A stretch of DNA of 63,924 nucleotides, the filler included, from Lenisia limosa (lineage: Eukaryota > Protista > Breviatea): NCBI GenBank assembly GCA_001655205.1. It is 18 parts of 18 records of this genome, joined end to end, with 100 filler letters (N's around TTAATTAATTAA, not from the genome) between each part and the next. Parts side by side here need not be neighbours in the genome. Positions count along the whole stretch, not along the records: positions 47,996 to 50,515 come from LPNZ01005274.1; positions 50,616 to 52,745 come from LPNZ01001122.1; positions 52,846 to 61,829 come from LPNZ01001287.1; 15 more parts are not named here. One strand, written 5' to 3'. Under the pieces are notes generated by a model, which saw only the letters and a list, made by a program, of their open reading frames with translations, was not told the origin of the DNA and did not search any database. The position numbers and the translations under genes are program-made. Of this stretch, positions 48,041 to 60,489 are shown in pieces (within the stretch, counting starts at the first letter, position 1; every line of letters begins with the position of its first letter).

Positions 48041-50130
48041 GACCAGCCCCTGGACAGCTCTTGAATTTAAGCAGCCAGCGCTTCAGGGTCCTGAGCGTCA
48101 CATCCACCCCAGATACTCCAAGCCCGATTGAGGTGAGTCACCATGTTTTAATCTTCTCTAATCAGTTTAACCGAGAGCTCTAAACTCCCCCACTCCCGCT
48201 TAACTCTCGCTGATACTGTAGACAATTAATCTGGCTTGTAATTTTGTTGAAAGCGTGGACCCTCTTGCGTTCCAAAAGTTTGCGAGTCTTACGTCACTAA
48301 ACCTCTCTGCTAACGAGCTGAAAGCGGTTCCTGGTAAGGAGGGTTGCTGAAAGTCTTCTTATTTGTTTTTAGTATGTAGTATTACAGCAGATTATATAAG
48401 GCAATTCCTCTTTCTGAAATTACATTAAATCAAATAGATGGATACGTGAAAAATCCTTTGGAGCGTTTTAACCTTTCAGCTATTTCATGTAACACNNNNN
48501 NNNNNGATGGATACGTGAAAAATCCTTTGGAGCGTTTTAACCTTTCAGCTATTTCATGTAACACTTTGAAGCACCTCTTTCTATCCAACAACAGGATAAC
48601 TGACATCACTGATTTGTCACATCTATCATCAAATTTACTGGTTGGAAGGGTAATAGGAGAAAATAATATGAAAAGGCTGGTGTCATTTTGTACATTTGGG
48701 ATATAAGTCACAATTCCAGTATTATATCATTGTTTGTAAACCAAATAAAAAATCTAAGATGTATTCAATTTTAAAACACTTAAATTATCACTGCACTGTA
48801 ATTCTTTAAGTTCATGGGGGAACACGGGACCCTCTTGTTTTTGACTATTTAGTCGCTTGATTTGAGGGCCAATTCAATTGAAAGTCTCGAGAACTTGCCG
48901 ACGTCGTTCCCCTTTTTAAGAAAGTTGGGGATGGTCTTATTAATTTTTCCTGATATTGTTTCAAAAAAAAATTATGTATCAGACTAAAACGTTTGGCACT
49001 GTATCTAAGAATTGAAAATCTCATCATTCCAGCTGACCATTTAGACTTTCTCTTTCAAACAACAAAATCGATTCGTTGGAGAAGTTGGGTGATTTACCGT
49101 CCCTTTTTTCACTTGGTCGGTGGGGTTGGGAGAACATCCTTCAAAATGGTTTGGGTCAATTTGGTGAAAATTGCTCAGGTAATTGTAAATCTATTAACAA
49201 TAGTATCTTCATCTACTTTATGAGGCTGACTCATTCAGCTGTCTTTTCCAACAACTTCAAAGACCTGTTTGGTGAAAAGGGTGCATTGGCATGTGTCAGA
49301 CGTTCCTGTCCCAAGATTAGCGCACTTTATATTGGAGGTCTGATGGGAGATAATTAACAATATTTAATAGGATTGATGTGACTTTCTTTTGAAGTGGTGG
49401 TTTTCATATTCTGCTTCATTATTTTTTCACTTGTTTTAAGTAAAAATCTTCACGCTTGTTGGGTTTTTCTTTTGAAACAACGTTTTATTTCCCGCGTGAA
49501 CATTTTCTAATATTCAGGAAACCCCTTTACGGACATACCGAAAGTCAAAGATCCGCGACAGGTTTGGGAGCATTATTGTGAGATTAGGCTTCCCATATCC
49601 AGTTTTTAATATATTTTTTTAATACTATAGAATTCTGTTCTTCTTGATTTGTATATAATTTGGAGTATGGAAGCATCTCCAATGGTCTTAATGCAATTAG
49701 CGACTATCTTCAGTTCATAACGAGCACCTACCGTGTACCATGTTTCTACCGGCTAATTGGAAGGATCTTTGCAAGCTTGAAACTGACGATGACATTCTTA
49801 TCAGCGATTATACCAAAGTTAGAGGGGTGCCAGGTTGTTTACCTTGTATTGGGGCGGGGGACTTTTCATTTTAAGTGAAGGGGAGGGGGGTGAGACAATT
49901 TACGATGTGGTATTGCTTCAGATCAGTGTTCCATGTTTATTTTAGAGCGTATTCTCAAGTGTCCATATGGATACCTAAGGAATACATTGTCTGTGGCAAC
50001 ACTAACAGTTCTTGTTTCTCATCTTGTGGTATGAATTTTTCTTCTAAACTCAAGATTTTATTGCTTATTAATTTTTCTTAGAGCCACTCGATCAGTTTGG
50101 ACGAATCTGCGGATCATATAATAACTCATC
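48041..50130 (+). CDS. Leucine-rich repeat (SDS22-like) protein fragment
   Basis: SLTSLNLSANELKAVP, LKHLFLSNNRITDI, SLDLRANSIESLENLP, FSLSNNKIDSLEKLGDLPSL and an LYIG|GNPF cap motif. Confidence 0.8.
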
Positions 50131-51040
50131 GAGGTAAGCACATGATCAAATTAACATAGTTTTCGCTGCCTCTAGAATGTAGTAATATTACTCAAAATTA
50201 GCAAATTTTCACAATTTTATTTTCTGTGACAAGCAGATTTTCCTTGGTTTGAACCCTTATCCATGTACCAATCACTTAGAAAAAATGACATCCTTCAAAA
50301 ATGATCAGATTGTGGAGGATGAACGTATAGTTTTTCACCTTTCTTGTCCGTTAAGTATACAGGTATGCTTGGGAAAAGGCTTGTCAACGCATGTGGTTGT
50401 GTACGTTGTTTTATCGATTTATGAGAATGACCAAAGTCAGCTTGAATGAATATTACTTATACCAGATTGAATTGGGATTTACTTTGATACTTCCTTGTTT
50501 TATTTCTCAGTTATANNNNNNNNNNNNNNNNNNNNNNNNNNNNNNNNNNNNNNNNNNNNTTAATTAATTAANNNNNNNNNNNNNNNNNNNNNNNNNNNNN
50601 NNNNNNNNNNNNNNNCCATGTTTTCCCTAGAGCTGCAGCCCCTTGAATTGGGGTATTTGGGGGGGAGGGGGGCTTTATTGAGTTTTGCAGTGGCTTTTTT
50701 ATTTTTAGTTGGGGAGGGGTGCTTGAAAATCTCAGCATAATACTTGTTTTTATTTGTGCTAAAAATGGTATGCAATCTACGTTATTGTATTAGTAAATGT
50801 ACAGTCAAAGCTTCGGACATCATTCAAAATTCCCCGAACACAGCAAATCTCCTTGTATAGGCCATCTGATACAATGTATATAATATATAATTCTATTCAT
50901 ATGTCGATACTAAAACATGATTACTATATACCAGCAACATCCAAAACCCCCATAAAATTTATATTTTTGCTGGGAAATTTCAACAAGATGACAAGCTGAA
51001 ATATTATCCATAATCATCCTGGTAATCGTCCAGTTCCCTC

Positions 51041-52330
51041 CCCCTCCGACATCTCTATCACGGCTGCCGGACCAAGTCGCGAGTCCCTCAAAGTCGACAC
51101 AATCGAAAGTAGGCCAGTTCGGTTCTGTTCTGTTCTATTCACTCTCGGGGTTGTTTTGGCCATTATTTTGTGATGTAGTTTTGTATAATACACGTAACTA
51201 TATGAGTGATCATTCTCTTTGTCCTCATAAAGTAATTATTTTTATATTTTATTTTTTTTCGCCCAGACAAGTATGATTTTGGCTTTTTTTTGTTTCATAA
51301 ATTTTCCGATTTTACTTCCCCCCTCCCCCACAGTGCCAACCCCTTCCAAACTTGATACTCGTGAAGTCCCCCTCCCCACATCCATGGAACTTCCAACTTC
51401 AATGGACCAAGCAACCGAACTAAGTAAGTCAACAAAGCATCCCTGCTCTTCTTCTAATAGATACTTTGTTTTTTCAGCACAATTTGTTATTTTACAACAC
51501 TAACAATGTAAATTAGATTATCAACTTGCCAATGTATGATTAACCCAATGTATGATAACCCAGTGTATGATTAACCCAGTGTAACCCAGTATATGATAAA
51601 CCCCTGTAGTGCCAGAGCCGTCTGCGATTGAGATGCAGACCCCAAGTCCCAAAGCAACTAAAATGAGGCCTATTGAATGTGGGATTGGGGCATCTTCCGT
51701 GACTAAAAAAACAAGACTTTTTAGAACATGAAGTCAAATGACAATTTATGATGGACTTTAAAACAACACTTTCCACCCCACCCTCCATTTTCATCCCACA
51801 GTGCCCTCTTTAGATGACTTTGACATGTCCACCATCGAGAAGCTTGCAGACACTGTTACCAGTAGGCTGCATGAATAGCTATATGATATATAGTAATACA
51901 TTTTTTTACAGTATATAGTAATTATATAGTATGTATATCTCATTGTGATATATTGAGAAATCATCAAGGATTCGGCCGAAACCGTTTACACCACCATGCT
52001 GATATAATATATACTGGATTGTAGTATGGCACTATTCACCGAATAATTTGCTCTACAACTCTGTGCACACCGCTTACTGCGACATAGTAATGTTTCTACA
52101 AATTGTGTGTGTATAATGTGGTATTTTGTAATATAAATAATCTCAATGCTGAAATACAATCACCAAAAATCTCTACCGATCTTTTAGTTCTTAACCACAC
52201 TATTGAGTTAAACTTGTTGGTTTCTTTAAGAATGGTTTCACCTCGCAGTGCCTCCACCAGAGCAGCTCAAAATTTCCCTCACCGCTCACAATGAGGTCCC
52301 TGTCGCTTCTCCCGTCTCCACCCAAAAACC
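51041..52330 (+). CDS. Pro/Ser/Thr-rich low-complexity protein fragment
   Basis: Exons xPSPSDISIT..., xPTPSKLDTREVPLPTSMELP..., xPEPSAIEMQTPSP..., xPSLDDFDMS... and xPPPEQLKIS..., all starting in phase 1. Confidence 0.45.
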
Positions 52331-52845
52331 GTGGGCTGACTTGGTGGAAATACTAGGACTTTTGTGCAATTAATTGTTAAATTAATTTCAGAAATTGAAT
52401 TAGGGTAATCAGAACATTTCAGCCATGTTGTTGAAGTGGGGTAATCAGAACATTTCAGTTCTTAGTGGAGATGAAACTTCTTGTTAATAACTATTTCATT
52501 GTAATATATATTTGGATTGGACGATCACCCTCAGAGTATTTCCAGTTTTGTTCACTGCTTATTTAATTTTTATCGCACTTTTCTGTCATTTTCCAAAGCA
52601 TTATTTGTTCTCTCCTCCCCCCCCCCCCCAACCCAGAAGCGACTGGCTTGGGATTTGTTTGTTTTGTTGTTTTGAACCTTCGTATTGACATGTAATGTTA
52701 AGCCCTTTGCTGGGCCTAAATATCCCTTAACAGGATGCGGTGCTGNNNNNNNNNNNNNNNNNNNNNNNNNNNNNNNNNNNNNNNNNNNNTTAATTAATTA
52801 ANNNNNNNNNNNNNNNNNNNNNNNNNNNNNNNNNNNNNNNNNNNN

Positions 52846-54785
52846 CATTCGGCTACACTCTTGACGAAGTCCGCAATGCCAAAACCGGCCTTGATGAGGT
52901 GACTAAAAAGGGGGTATTTCGGCTTTTTTCATAAATTTCTTTTTTACGCATTAGTCCGACGCCAAGATTGCTGCAGACTCTGCCGCCGCCAACACCGCCG
53001 TGGAGGAGGCTCAGGCCAAGCTCACCGAGCTCAATGTCACTGAGAACGTCTACACCGAGGTTGGCTTCCTTCCGATCTGGCCTGGCCTTTCCCCATTTTT
53101 GTATTCTTACCACCTAGCATACCACTGAGTCACTTGCCGCTCTTCTTGCCGAGACCACCTCCGCTACGGAAGGTATGGGCAGATCCTCTTCACCATCCCC
53201 ACCCCCTTCATTTACCCCTTTTCAGGCCGTCAAGCCGCCTACACAGCCCAACTTGAGAAGCTGGAGGCTGAGGACGCTGCCTGCAAGGAAGCCGCCGCCG
53301 CGGCTGAGGCATTCGTTGCCTTTGTTGCTGACAAGAAGGTGGGAGGGTGCATGGAGGAATTCCTCTCTTTAATAATTGAGTCGCCTGTTAACTCACCTCA
53401 GGACACTATTTCCGGAGGCGAAGGCATTCTCGAGGACCAGCTCGTCTTTGTCAAGGCCCAACAAGAAAACCTTGACGTAAGCCCCTTACCCAATTTGAAT
53501 GACATGGCTTTGTATGTTTTGGTCTCCTACCTTTCCCTCCCTATTTAGTTTTTTCTTTTTTTCTTTTTCTTTTTTTTCTCATATTGTTTATCCAGAATAG
53601 CATTTCATCACCCCCCCCCCCACAGCCTTCTGCTGCTGGCCTCTCCGCTGTTGAGTCTGCTGAGACAAAGCTCGAGGAGCTGAAGGTTGTCTTCAACCCC
53701 CACAGTGCCCTCACCTGCAAGGTTGGCCTGGTTGCTTTGCTCCTGCTACTTGAGGGCTACTTTTATCTTTATATTGTTGCATTTTTCCGTCAATTAATTT
53801 TGCCAGGATTGCCAAGTCCAATGGGAACAGTTTGCCTCATTCCTCGAGCGCAAGGCCCAGATGCTTTCCGACGAAATTGAAACCGTCAAAATGCGCGGTG
53901 GGTTGCTCATTGCATCTTTTATTGTGTGCGTTTAGTGTATGTTTTTTGTTTTTGTTTTTGTTTTTTTGTTTGAGGAATGTTTACCTGATTGCTTAGGTGT
54001 TTCTGCTGAGCAAATGGCCGAATTCGAGGCCACCTTCTCCGCCTTCGATGCCGACAACAGGTCTGTCATATCGTGATATGCGTGCAGAGTTGCATTGCTC
54101 GGGGCTGTCTTACGTCTTAGCCAAAACATCGACAAGAAGGAGCTCAAGGCTTGCATGTACGCCATCGGTGAGGAGAAGACCCGTGCCGAAATCGACGCGT
54201 AGGAGGGGCTTTGCATTAACCAGGGGAGGGGGTGGACAGGTACACCTTCGATTTTATATCATAGCTGTTTCTTTCCGTAGCCTCTTACCACGCAGCATTG
54301 TCACCAAGTACGGAGCTGACGGAGAACTCAGCCTCGAGGCTTTCAAGGAGATGATGGCCAACGAGGTGGATGGAGGGGGTACTGAGTTGGTGCAAAGTAC
54401 ACGGAAGTATTTCTCTCGTTTCCCAGTATTGATTTGCCTTAGGTCGGTGTTACCGCTGGAAAGGACGACATTCTCGCTGCCTTCTCCCTCATCAACAAGA
54501 CTGCCGAAACTGCCGTGGTGGGGAGGGGTCATTGTTCCCTGTTGTTATTGATGTAATATGGCCACACCCATGTTTCTGTTCTTTTTTTTATGACAGCACA
54601 GCCCGAGCTTATGGAAGCTGTCATGGCGCCCGAGGATCTCACCTACTTCAACGAGACCCAGCCCGATGGCAACTACACTGTAGGGGGGCGCGTTATCTGA
54701 ATTACTCTTATTGTGATTGGGATGTGTGTTTTTTATTATTATTTCACCGCCCCAGGCCTGGTCTGATGACGTTTTCTCTCGCTAA
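52846..54785 (+). CDS. Alpha-actinin, C-terminal part (spectrin-like repeats plus EF-hands)
   Basis: Spliced ...QVQWEQFASFLERKAQMLSDEIETVKMR|GVSAEQMAEFEATFSAFDADNSQNIDKKELKACMYAIGEE...AWSDDVFSR-stop at 54785, resembling amoebozoan alpha-actinin. Confidence 0.85.
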
Positions 54786-54841
54786 TCAGCCCCCCATTAT
54801 AATTATAACTGTCTATTAGTTTATATATTCCTGGATTGTAT

Positions 54842-57800
54842 TTAGCGTGTGCTTGTCAAGAAGGGACGCTTTGGAAGCCTTTTTTGACCAGTTCCACTGA
54901 TAACGTGGCCTTTCCCACAAATCTCAACTTTTGCGCAGCAAGAAACAAATAAATACAGTAAAATAAATAATGAACACAATAGAGAGAGTTGGAAGGGCCT
55001 ACTCTTCAGGAGAGTGGGGGGTATTGATGTGTGCACGCTCCTGGAGGAGTCAGAGGAGGACACAAGACACTCCAGCTAGCTAGAGTGGAACTCACCTTAG
55101 ACAGCATTCTTGCCTCCTCGTAGTGTTCCCCAAGACTGCCCCAATCGAATAGCTCTCCAAGACGAACTGTACGGTTGCGCAGCTGGATTGTCAGAATCGT
55201 CCAACAAATATGCAGTTACAAATGGGGGGGGGGGGGTGAACAAACCAAGTGAACCATATAACCTACCTCAATTCTTCCCTTTCTGTTCTTGCGGGTGAAA
55301 TCGTAGACAGAGTTAACGAGGCGGTTCATGCTCTCTTCGGGTGAGCAGTAGCGCCTGTGATGGTTGAGCAAAATGAGAGATTATACCAAAGTAATCCTTG
55401 AAATCACAAGGTGTCACCATTAGCAGTTTAAACGAACCTGTCAATGACGGTAATGGACGGCTTGCCTTGATCCGGCGCGTGACGCTCGACCCAGTTTCCA
55501 AAACTACAGAGATGAGAGTGTTGTGAGTCTGTCAAATTTACACTCATCACATTAATTTGGGGGCAAAACTAGACCCACCCAGCAAGGTTTGTGGTGATGG
55601 TTGGGGTGCCCATGATCACGGACTCGGCGGGAGTCAGGCCCCAAGGCTCGTAGTACGAAGGGAACACAGTCAAGTGACAGCCGCGAACTGCAAAAATCAG
55701 TCGCGAAAAGGTAATCAAAATGTAATTCCAACAAAAGTCACATATCCTAAGGGGTCTCAGAATGCACGTACTCTCTTATTGAATGCTATTGTCATCATCT
55801 AGCCTACTGAACTCATGGTAGTCAAGTGGAAGAACAGGAGATAGGGCAGAGACAAAGTCCATGTGGGCCACAATCTGGGTGTGAAGTCAGAGTTTCGTTC
55901 ATTTTACAAGACCAGGAAATTGTGTTTCTACAATATTTACCTTGACAGGGTCGCTTGGGTGGTTGTTGAGTCCACATTCTCTGAGCTGAAATGGTTAGCC
56001 ATCATAACACGTGTCGACAAAAATGACCCTTAAAAAAGATCCTCAAAAAAAAAGTACAAACTTTAGTGAGAACGGGGTCGGTTTCGCTGTTGCTGAGGTT
56101 GTGCGTGGTGATGGGAGGCAGGCCGCTCTTCTGCATTGCCAAAATCTGGCGCTTCATCTAGAGGGATGAAAAGCGGTTCATAGACGACACTCATGTCATA
56201 TGATAGAATCGCTCACTTGAATAATGTCGTCCTTTGAGAGAAGATCACTTGTGGAGGGAATCTGACCTGAGGGTGTCAGCAAAACGTATTAGAACCATTC
56301 ACTCTATGCTAAGCATTCTGGCAAACCCTTGATGAGGCTGTCGAAGATGCGGGTGGTGACGTCACTCTGGATCTTGTCAACGTTTTGTCTCAAAGCCCGG
56401 ACGTGTGAAGCACCCTCGAGGGCCTCACGGTTGTAGCCTTGGGCATGTGGCGATCTCGTGATCAGGAAGGCCTAAAGAATTAGAGTTGGTGTGAAATTGT
56501 TAATTGTGTACTTAAGTTTAGCAATAAACGCTAACCACGACAGTTTTGTCGTTCTCCTTGTCTGACTTGAGAATGTGGTTCAGGCGCGCCAATGACTCAA
56601 TGTACATGTCGTATCCTGAAAATAAGTCAAGCCTGACTGAAACAAAAAGTAAAAAAAAACCCCTTCTGTTCAATTCAAAGCCTACCTTTGTTGCTGTATT
56701 CGTAGCGGCCGGCGGTGCAGAGGTAAATGGTCTTGTCCATGTCCCAGTTCAGGAAGCCGCGGAAATGGCCTCTTACGAACCTAAGATATTAGAGAGCTCT
56801 ACAACACAATCTCTCTCAAAAAAAAAACAAGATCAAGGCGCACTCATCTATCTTGGATTTATTGCTAAGATGCAGGTTCTGGACCTCATGAGGCTCAGTG
56901 TACTTGTCGACGTTGAGGCCGTTGGGCAAAATCATGTCCGGCTCTCGGTGCAAGAGGTACTTGGCCTCCAGTCCAGTGATATCAGAGACTGTGGTGAAGA
57001 CCTAAGAAAGATTAGTTGAAAGCAGGTTAATGAGATATTTTTCCAATATTTGTTATCTTGTGAAAACATGGTGGGAATCAATCAAACTTATGTTTTCCAA
57101 TCCCAGCCTTCGCTTACGTGTGCGCTATGGGTGGCCATCTTTTCAAGGCTAAGAAAATGAGAAAAAAACTGCAAAAGTCCGTCAGTACAACAAAGACAAA
57201 AGCTGTGAAGAAGANNNNNNNNNNNNNNNNNNNNNNNNNNNNNNNNNNNNNNNNNNNNNNNNNNNNNNNNNNNNNNNNNNNNNNNNNNNNNNNNNNNNNN
57301 NNNNNNNNNNNNTCGTCTGCGTCAACGTCCTCGAGAGAATTGTAGAAGTCTGAGGAGCCGGCACACATATAGCGACCGAGGAGAGTGGCGTGGGTGGTGA
57401 AGACCAATCCTGATAGTTAGAACGGTACAGAATACAGAGGACGTAGTAACAAAGCCAGATGGGTTTTTAGATTGACATACCAAGATTGATGTTGCTGTTG
57501 CGAAGGAGGGGAAGAGCAACGCCACCTGCCAGCCACTCGTGGAACTGACTGCAAAAGTTACATGGATGTAGGCGTTGGGGGTTATGTAGCACAGAATATG
57601 AAATCCTATAGATAGAAATAACTCTCTCAGTGAGAGAAAATGCAGAGTACGAACGATTCAATAGTGCTTACACGATCATGGGGAAGTCGGGCATCCAGCG
57701 TTTGAGCTCCTCGAAGAACCAGTAAACCTGCAACAATTAAAAATCAGAGTGGAATATGATAGCTGCGTCATTGGTACATCCAAAGCCACCAAATCTCACC

Positions 57801-59033
57801 TGGAAACCAAAGAGAAGGACTTCGTTAACCTCATTGTCCGAGATTCCATCAGGAGAGGAATACTGGAAGCGTTCCCACATCTGGCCCTTGAGGCTGTTTA
57901 TTTTTTCCCATTGAGTGTGGATGTCAATGAGAATCACACGGGGCATTCCTGTGGCTGTTACTAATATTGTCTCAAAACTGATTATTGCATACCAGGAATT
58001 AGCCAGCGTCCATAATAGCAACGCATGCCATGAGTTTGTTCAACATTTTGGATAGTTTCCTTGAGCGGACCTGATGGATGAGATAATTTCCAACAGCATT
58101 TCTGTCACATTTCTGTCAAAATTATGGTGAAGCCATACCTTCAGCATCGAGAGGCTCGAACTCAGAACGGGCTGCAGCCTCGTTGTAAGGACCAATTAGG
58201 CAATACCTTAAAGTCAATTGAAATGAATTGCGGGCGACGGGCCAATGAGAAAAAATGGAGGGATATTGTAATTATAAATACTTTCACACATAGCCAAGAC
58301 TAAATAGAGTGAATAATTTCCCCTTGAATCCATGCTTACTTGTCGCCCCAGTCGCTTGTAGTCTTTTCGGCCTTAGATTTGATAACAGTGTGAATTCCTC
58401 CAGATTTTGTGGCAACCTCAGTGGACACTTCAAAGAGAAGGGTGGAGCCAGGGCGGACACTGGGCTTTTTATCAAGCTCACCTATAAAATTAGTTAGTTA
58501 TGGTGATGAAGGTCACAAGAAAACAAGTTAAACTGAACATGAATTGGAAGAAATGGTCCGTTGCTGATCATGAAGCATACTTTCGTAGAATGTGGCTGTA
58601 GGTACGGTAAACTTCGAAGCAACGTCGTCAGCTTTGGGATCAAGGATACTAGCAAGGTCGTGGCCAACAGATGTGCTCCTTGAAGGTAAATGGAGAGACT
58701 TTTCAAATTTCCAAGACAGAAAAAATAAAGCGAAGGTGAATATAAGAATTTCCTTCTGTAAAACGTCTTATTATTGCATTTTAAGACGGTACAAAGGAGC
58801 AAATGGATGAGAGAGAACATTTCGAAAAGATTAACTTTTCACTAAAATGGAAATGTTCTAAAGTAAGCATAAGTGGTTCCCTCACACCTTCTAATAACAC
58901 TGTCGTTCTTTTGAGGCGGTCTCTGAGGCTGCCTATAGATAACATTTGGAAGCTCCATCCACATCTCGGTTGTCCCGTCTTCCATCTCACTGGAATCACG
59001 AGACTGTGACCTTCTTCTGTTTCTGCGACCCAT
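54842..59033 (-). CDS. GYS: Glycogen synthase (GT3, fungal/animal type)
   Basis: About 20 exons give [75 protein letters not shown] and LRNRT, with the stop at 54842. The first exon(s) above about 58700 are uncertain. Confidence 0.95.
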
Positions 59034-59203
59034 CTTGAAAGGAAAATCTATCGGAGAAAATTCAGTGAAAAGATTAACCGGGTTCCAGGGTACTTTGGCT
59101 GAAAAGTTTCCGGCTCCGTAATTTCATAATTTTTTGCCTTTTTGCCTTTGGCTTTGTAGTGAAGTGGCGCAGTAGACAGAATTTAGATACTTGAGTACTC
59201 ACA

Positions 59204-60489
59204 ATGTCGAGCCAAGTACTCTATCGATTTCGAAATGAGAAGACTTTTGCAAAGATTAAGTTCCAAGGGATGTCTATCTCTAAAATCGCGCTTATTAGCG
59301 AGATTATGAGGGACAGGAACCTTGATGACACCCAAGCTTGCGATTTTAGTATTATCAACGCCGAAACTGAAACGGGTAAGGCTGCACACGTCCATCTCAG
59401 CCTAATTAACCATTTATAGAGTACATGAGTGACAATGACCTCATCCTTTGCAATACACAGGTCTTTGTTAAGCGTGTACCGAGGGCAACAAGTGCGAACC
59501 TGATCAACATGTACAGTCGCACGGCACCTGCTAAGCCAGTCATGGTTCAGGCCCCAATTGCTCCTAGTAGGCAAATAATGCAATTGGGAAAGGGAATGTA
59601 CTTAGAAAGCATTATTGCAGTGTTTTGTATTTTCTCATTTCTCTTTTAACTGTCTCAAGCGCAAACATCTCTTTTCAAGACGAACGTGGTCACAAGCGAA
59701 GATGACGTTTTTAACGTTATTAGATCAGCACCAGAGCAAGTTGTTCCTCAGGTTGGATGGTTGATTGATGTTAATGAAGACTGGTGTGTTGGGAGAAGGA
59801 AGTCAAATGTTTCTTATGACTACTGAGTTCACTCATCTTCATTCTCAAGGATTTATTATGGTCCCTTTTACAGTCTGCGTAACATTCCTTTAGAGTGGCA
59901 TGTTTTCAAAGCTCGTACCTCCTGATGATTATGTTTGTCGCATTTGCCGCCAGCCTGGTCACTATATCAAACATTGTCCTTATAAAAACGCAACAACCGT
60001 ATGAGGGAAAGGCGAACACGCCTGGGTATCTCTCATTGTGGCTCTATGTTAGTTTATTAACTTATTATTATTATTATTTTGATTTTCTAGCTCAAAACAG
60101 CCCATGGTATCCCAACGTCTATGCTGGAGGTAAGAGATGAACCATAGAGCCCCGTCCATGTAGTGCACAATTAATTTGTTGTATTCATGTCATATCTATT
60201 CATATGATATATCTTTTTTTTTCCATATTGTTTCATAGACTCATTTCCATCGTAATCCAGCGAGTCGATGAAAAGGATGTCATGGACGGAGATACAGATG
60301 TGCTTCTTTTGCCCTCAGGTGGGAGCGGGTAGAGCCGCTTGACATCGCCGCCCTTTTCAGTTATGCAAGAGTTGACCTCATTTCACTGAATTACTTATAT
60401 GGCAAACAGGTGGATATGTTCGTTATAAGCCCCCTGAAGCTGAATTCGACCCTTTTGGAATTGAGGATGTCAGGTTGGGTGTTGGGTAG
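59204..60489 (+). CDS. RBBP6: RBBP6/Mpe1-like protein (DWNN domain plus CCHC zinc knuckle)
   Basis: MSSQVLYRFRNEKTF...CDFSIINAETETEYMSDNDLILCNTQVFVKRVP (DWNN), PPDDYVCRICRQPGHYIKHCP (knuckle) and KTAHGIPTSMLE. The 3' end is uncertain: stop at 60489 or further splicing. Confidence 0.85.

Noticed and set aside
48437-48564. 59-bp direct repeat in the LRR gene
   Set aside because: Exact copies on either side of a 10-N gap: an unmerged contig overlap, not a duplication.
55261-55310. Loss of the glucose-6-phosphate-sensing Arg cluster in glycogen synthase
   Set aside because: Careful re-reading gives NRKGRIELRNRTVR, which keeps the basic residues; the catalytic E-X7-E is also intact.
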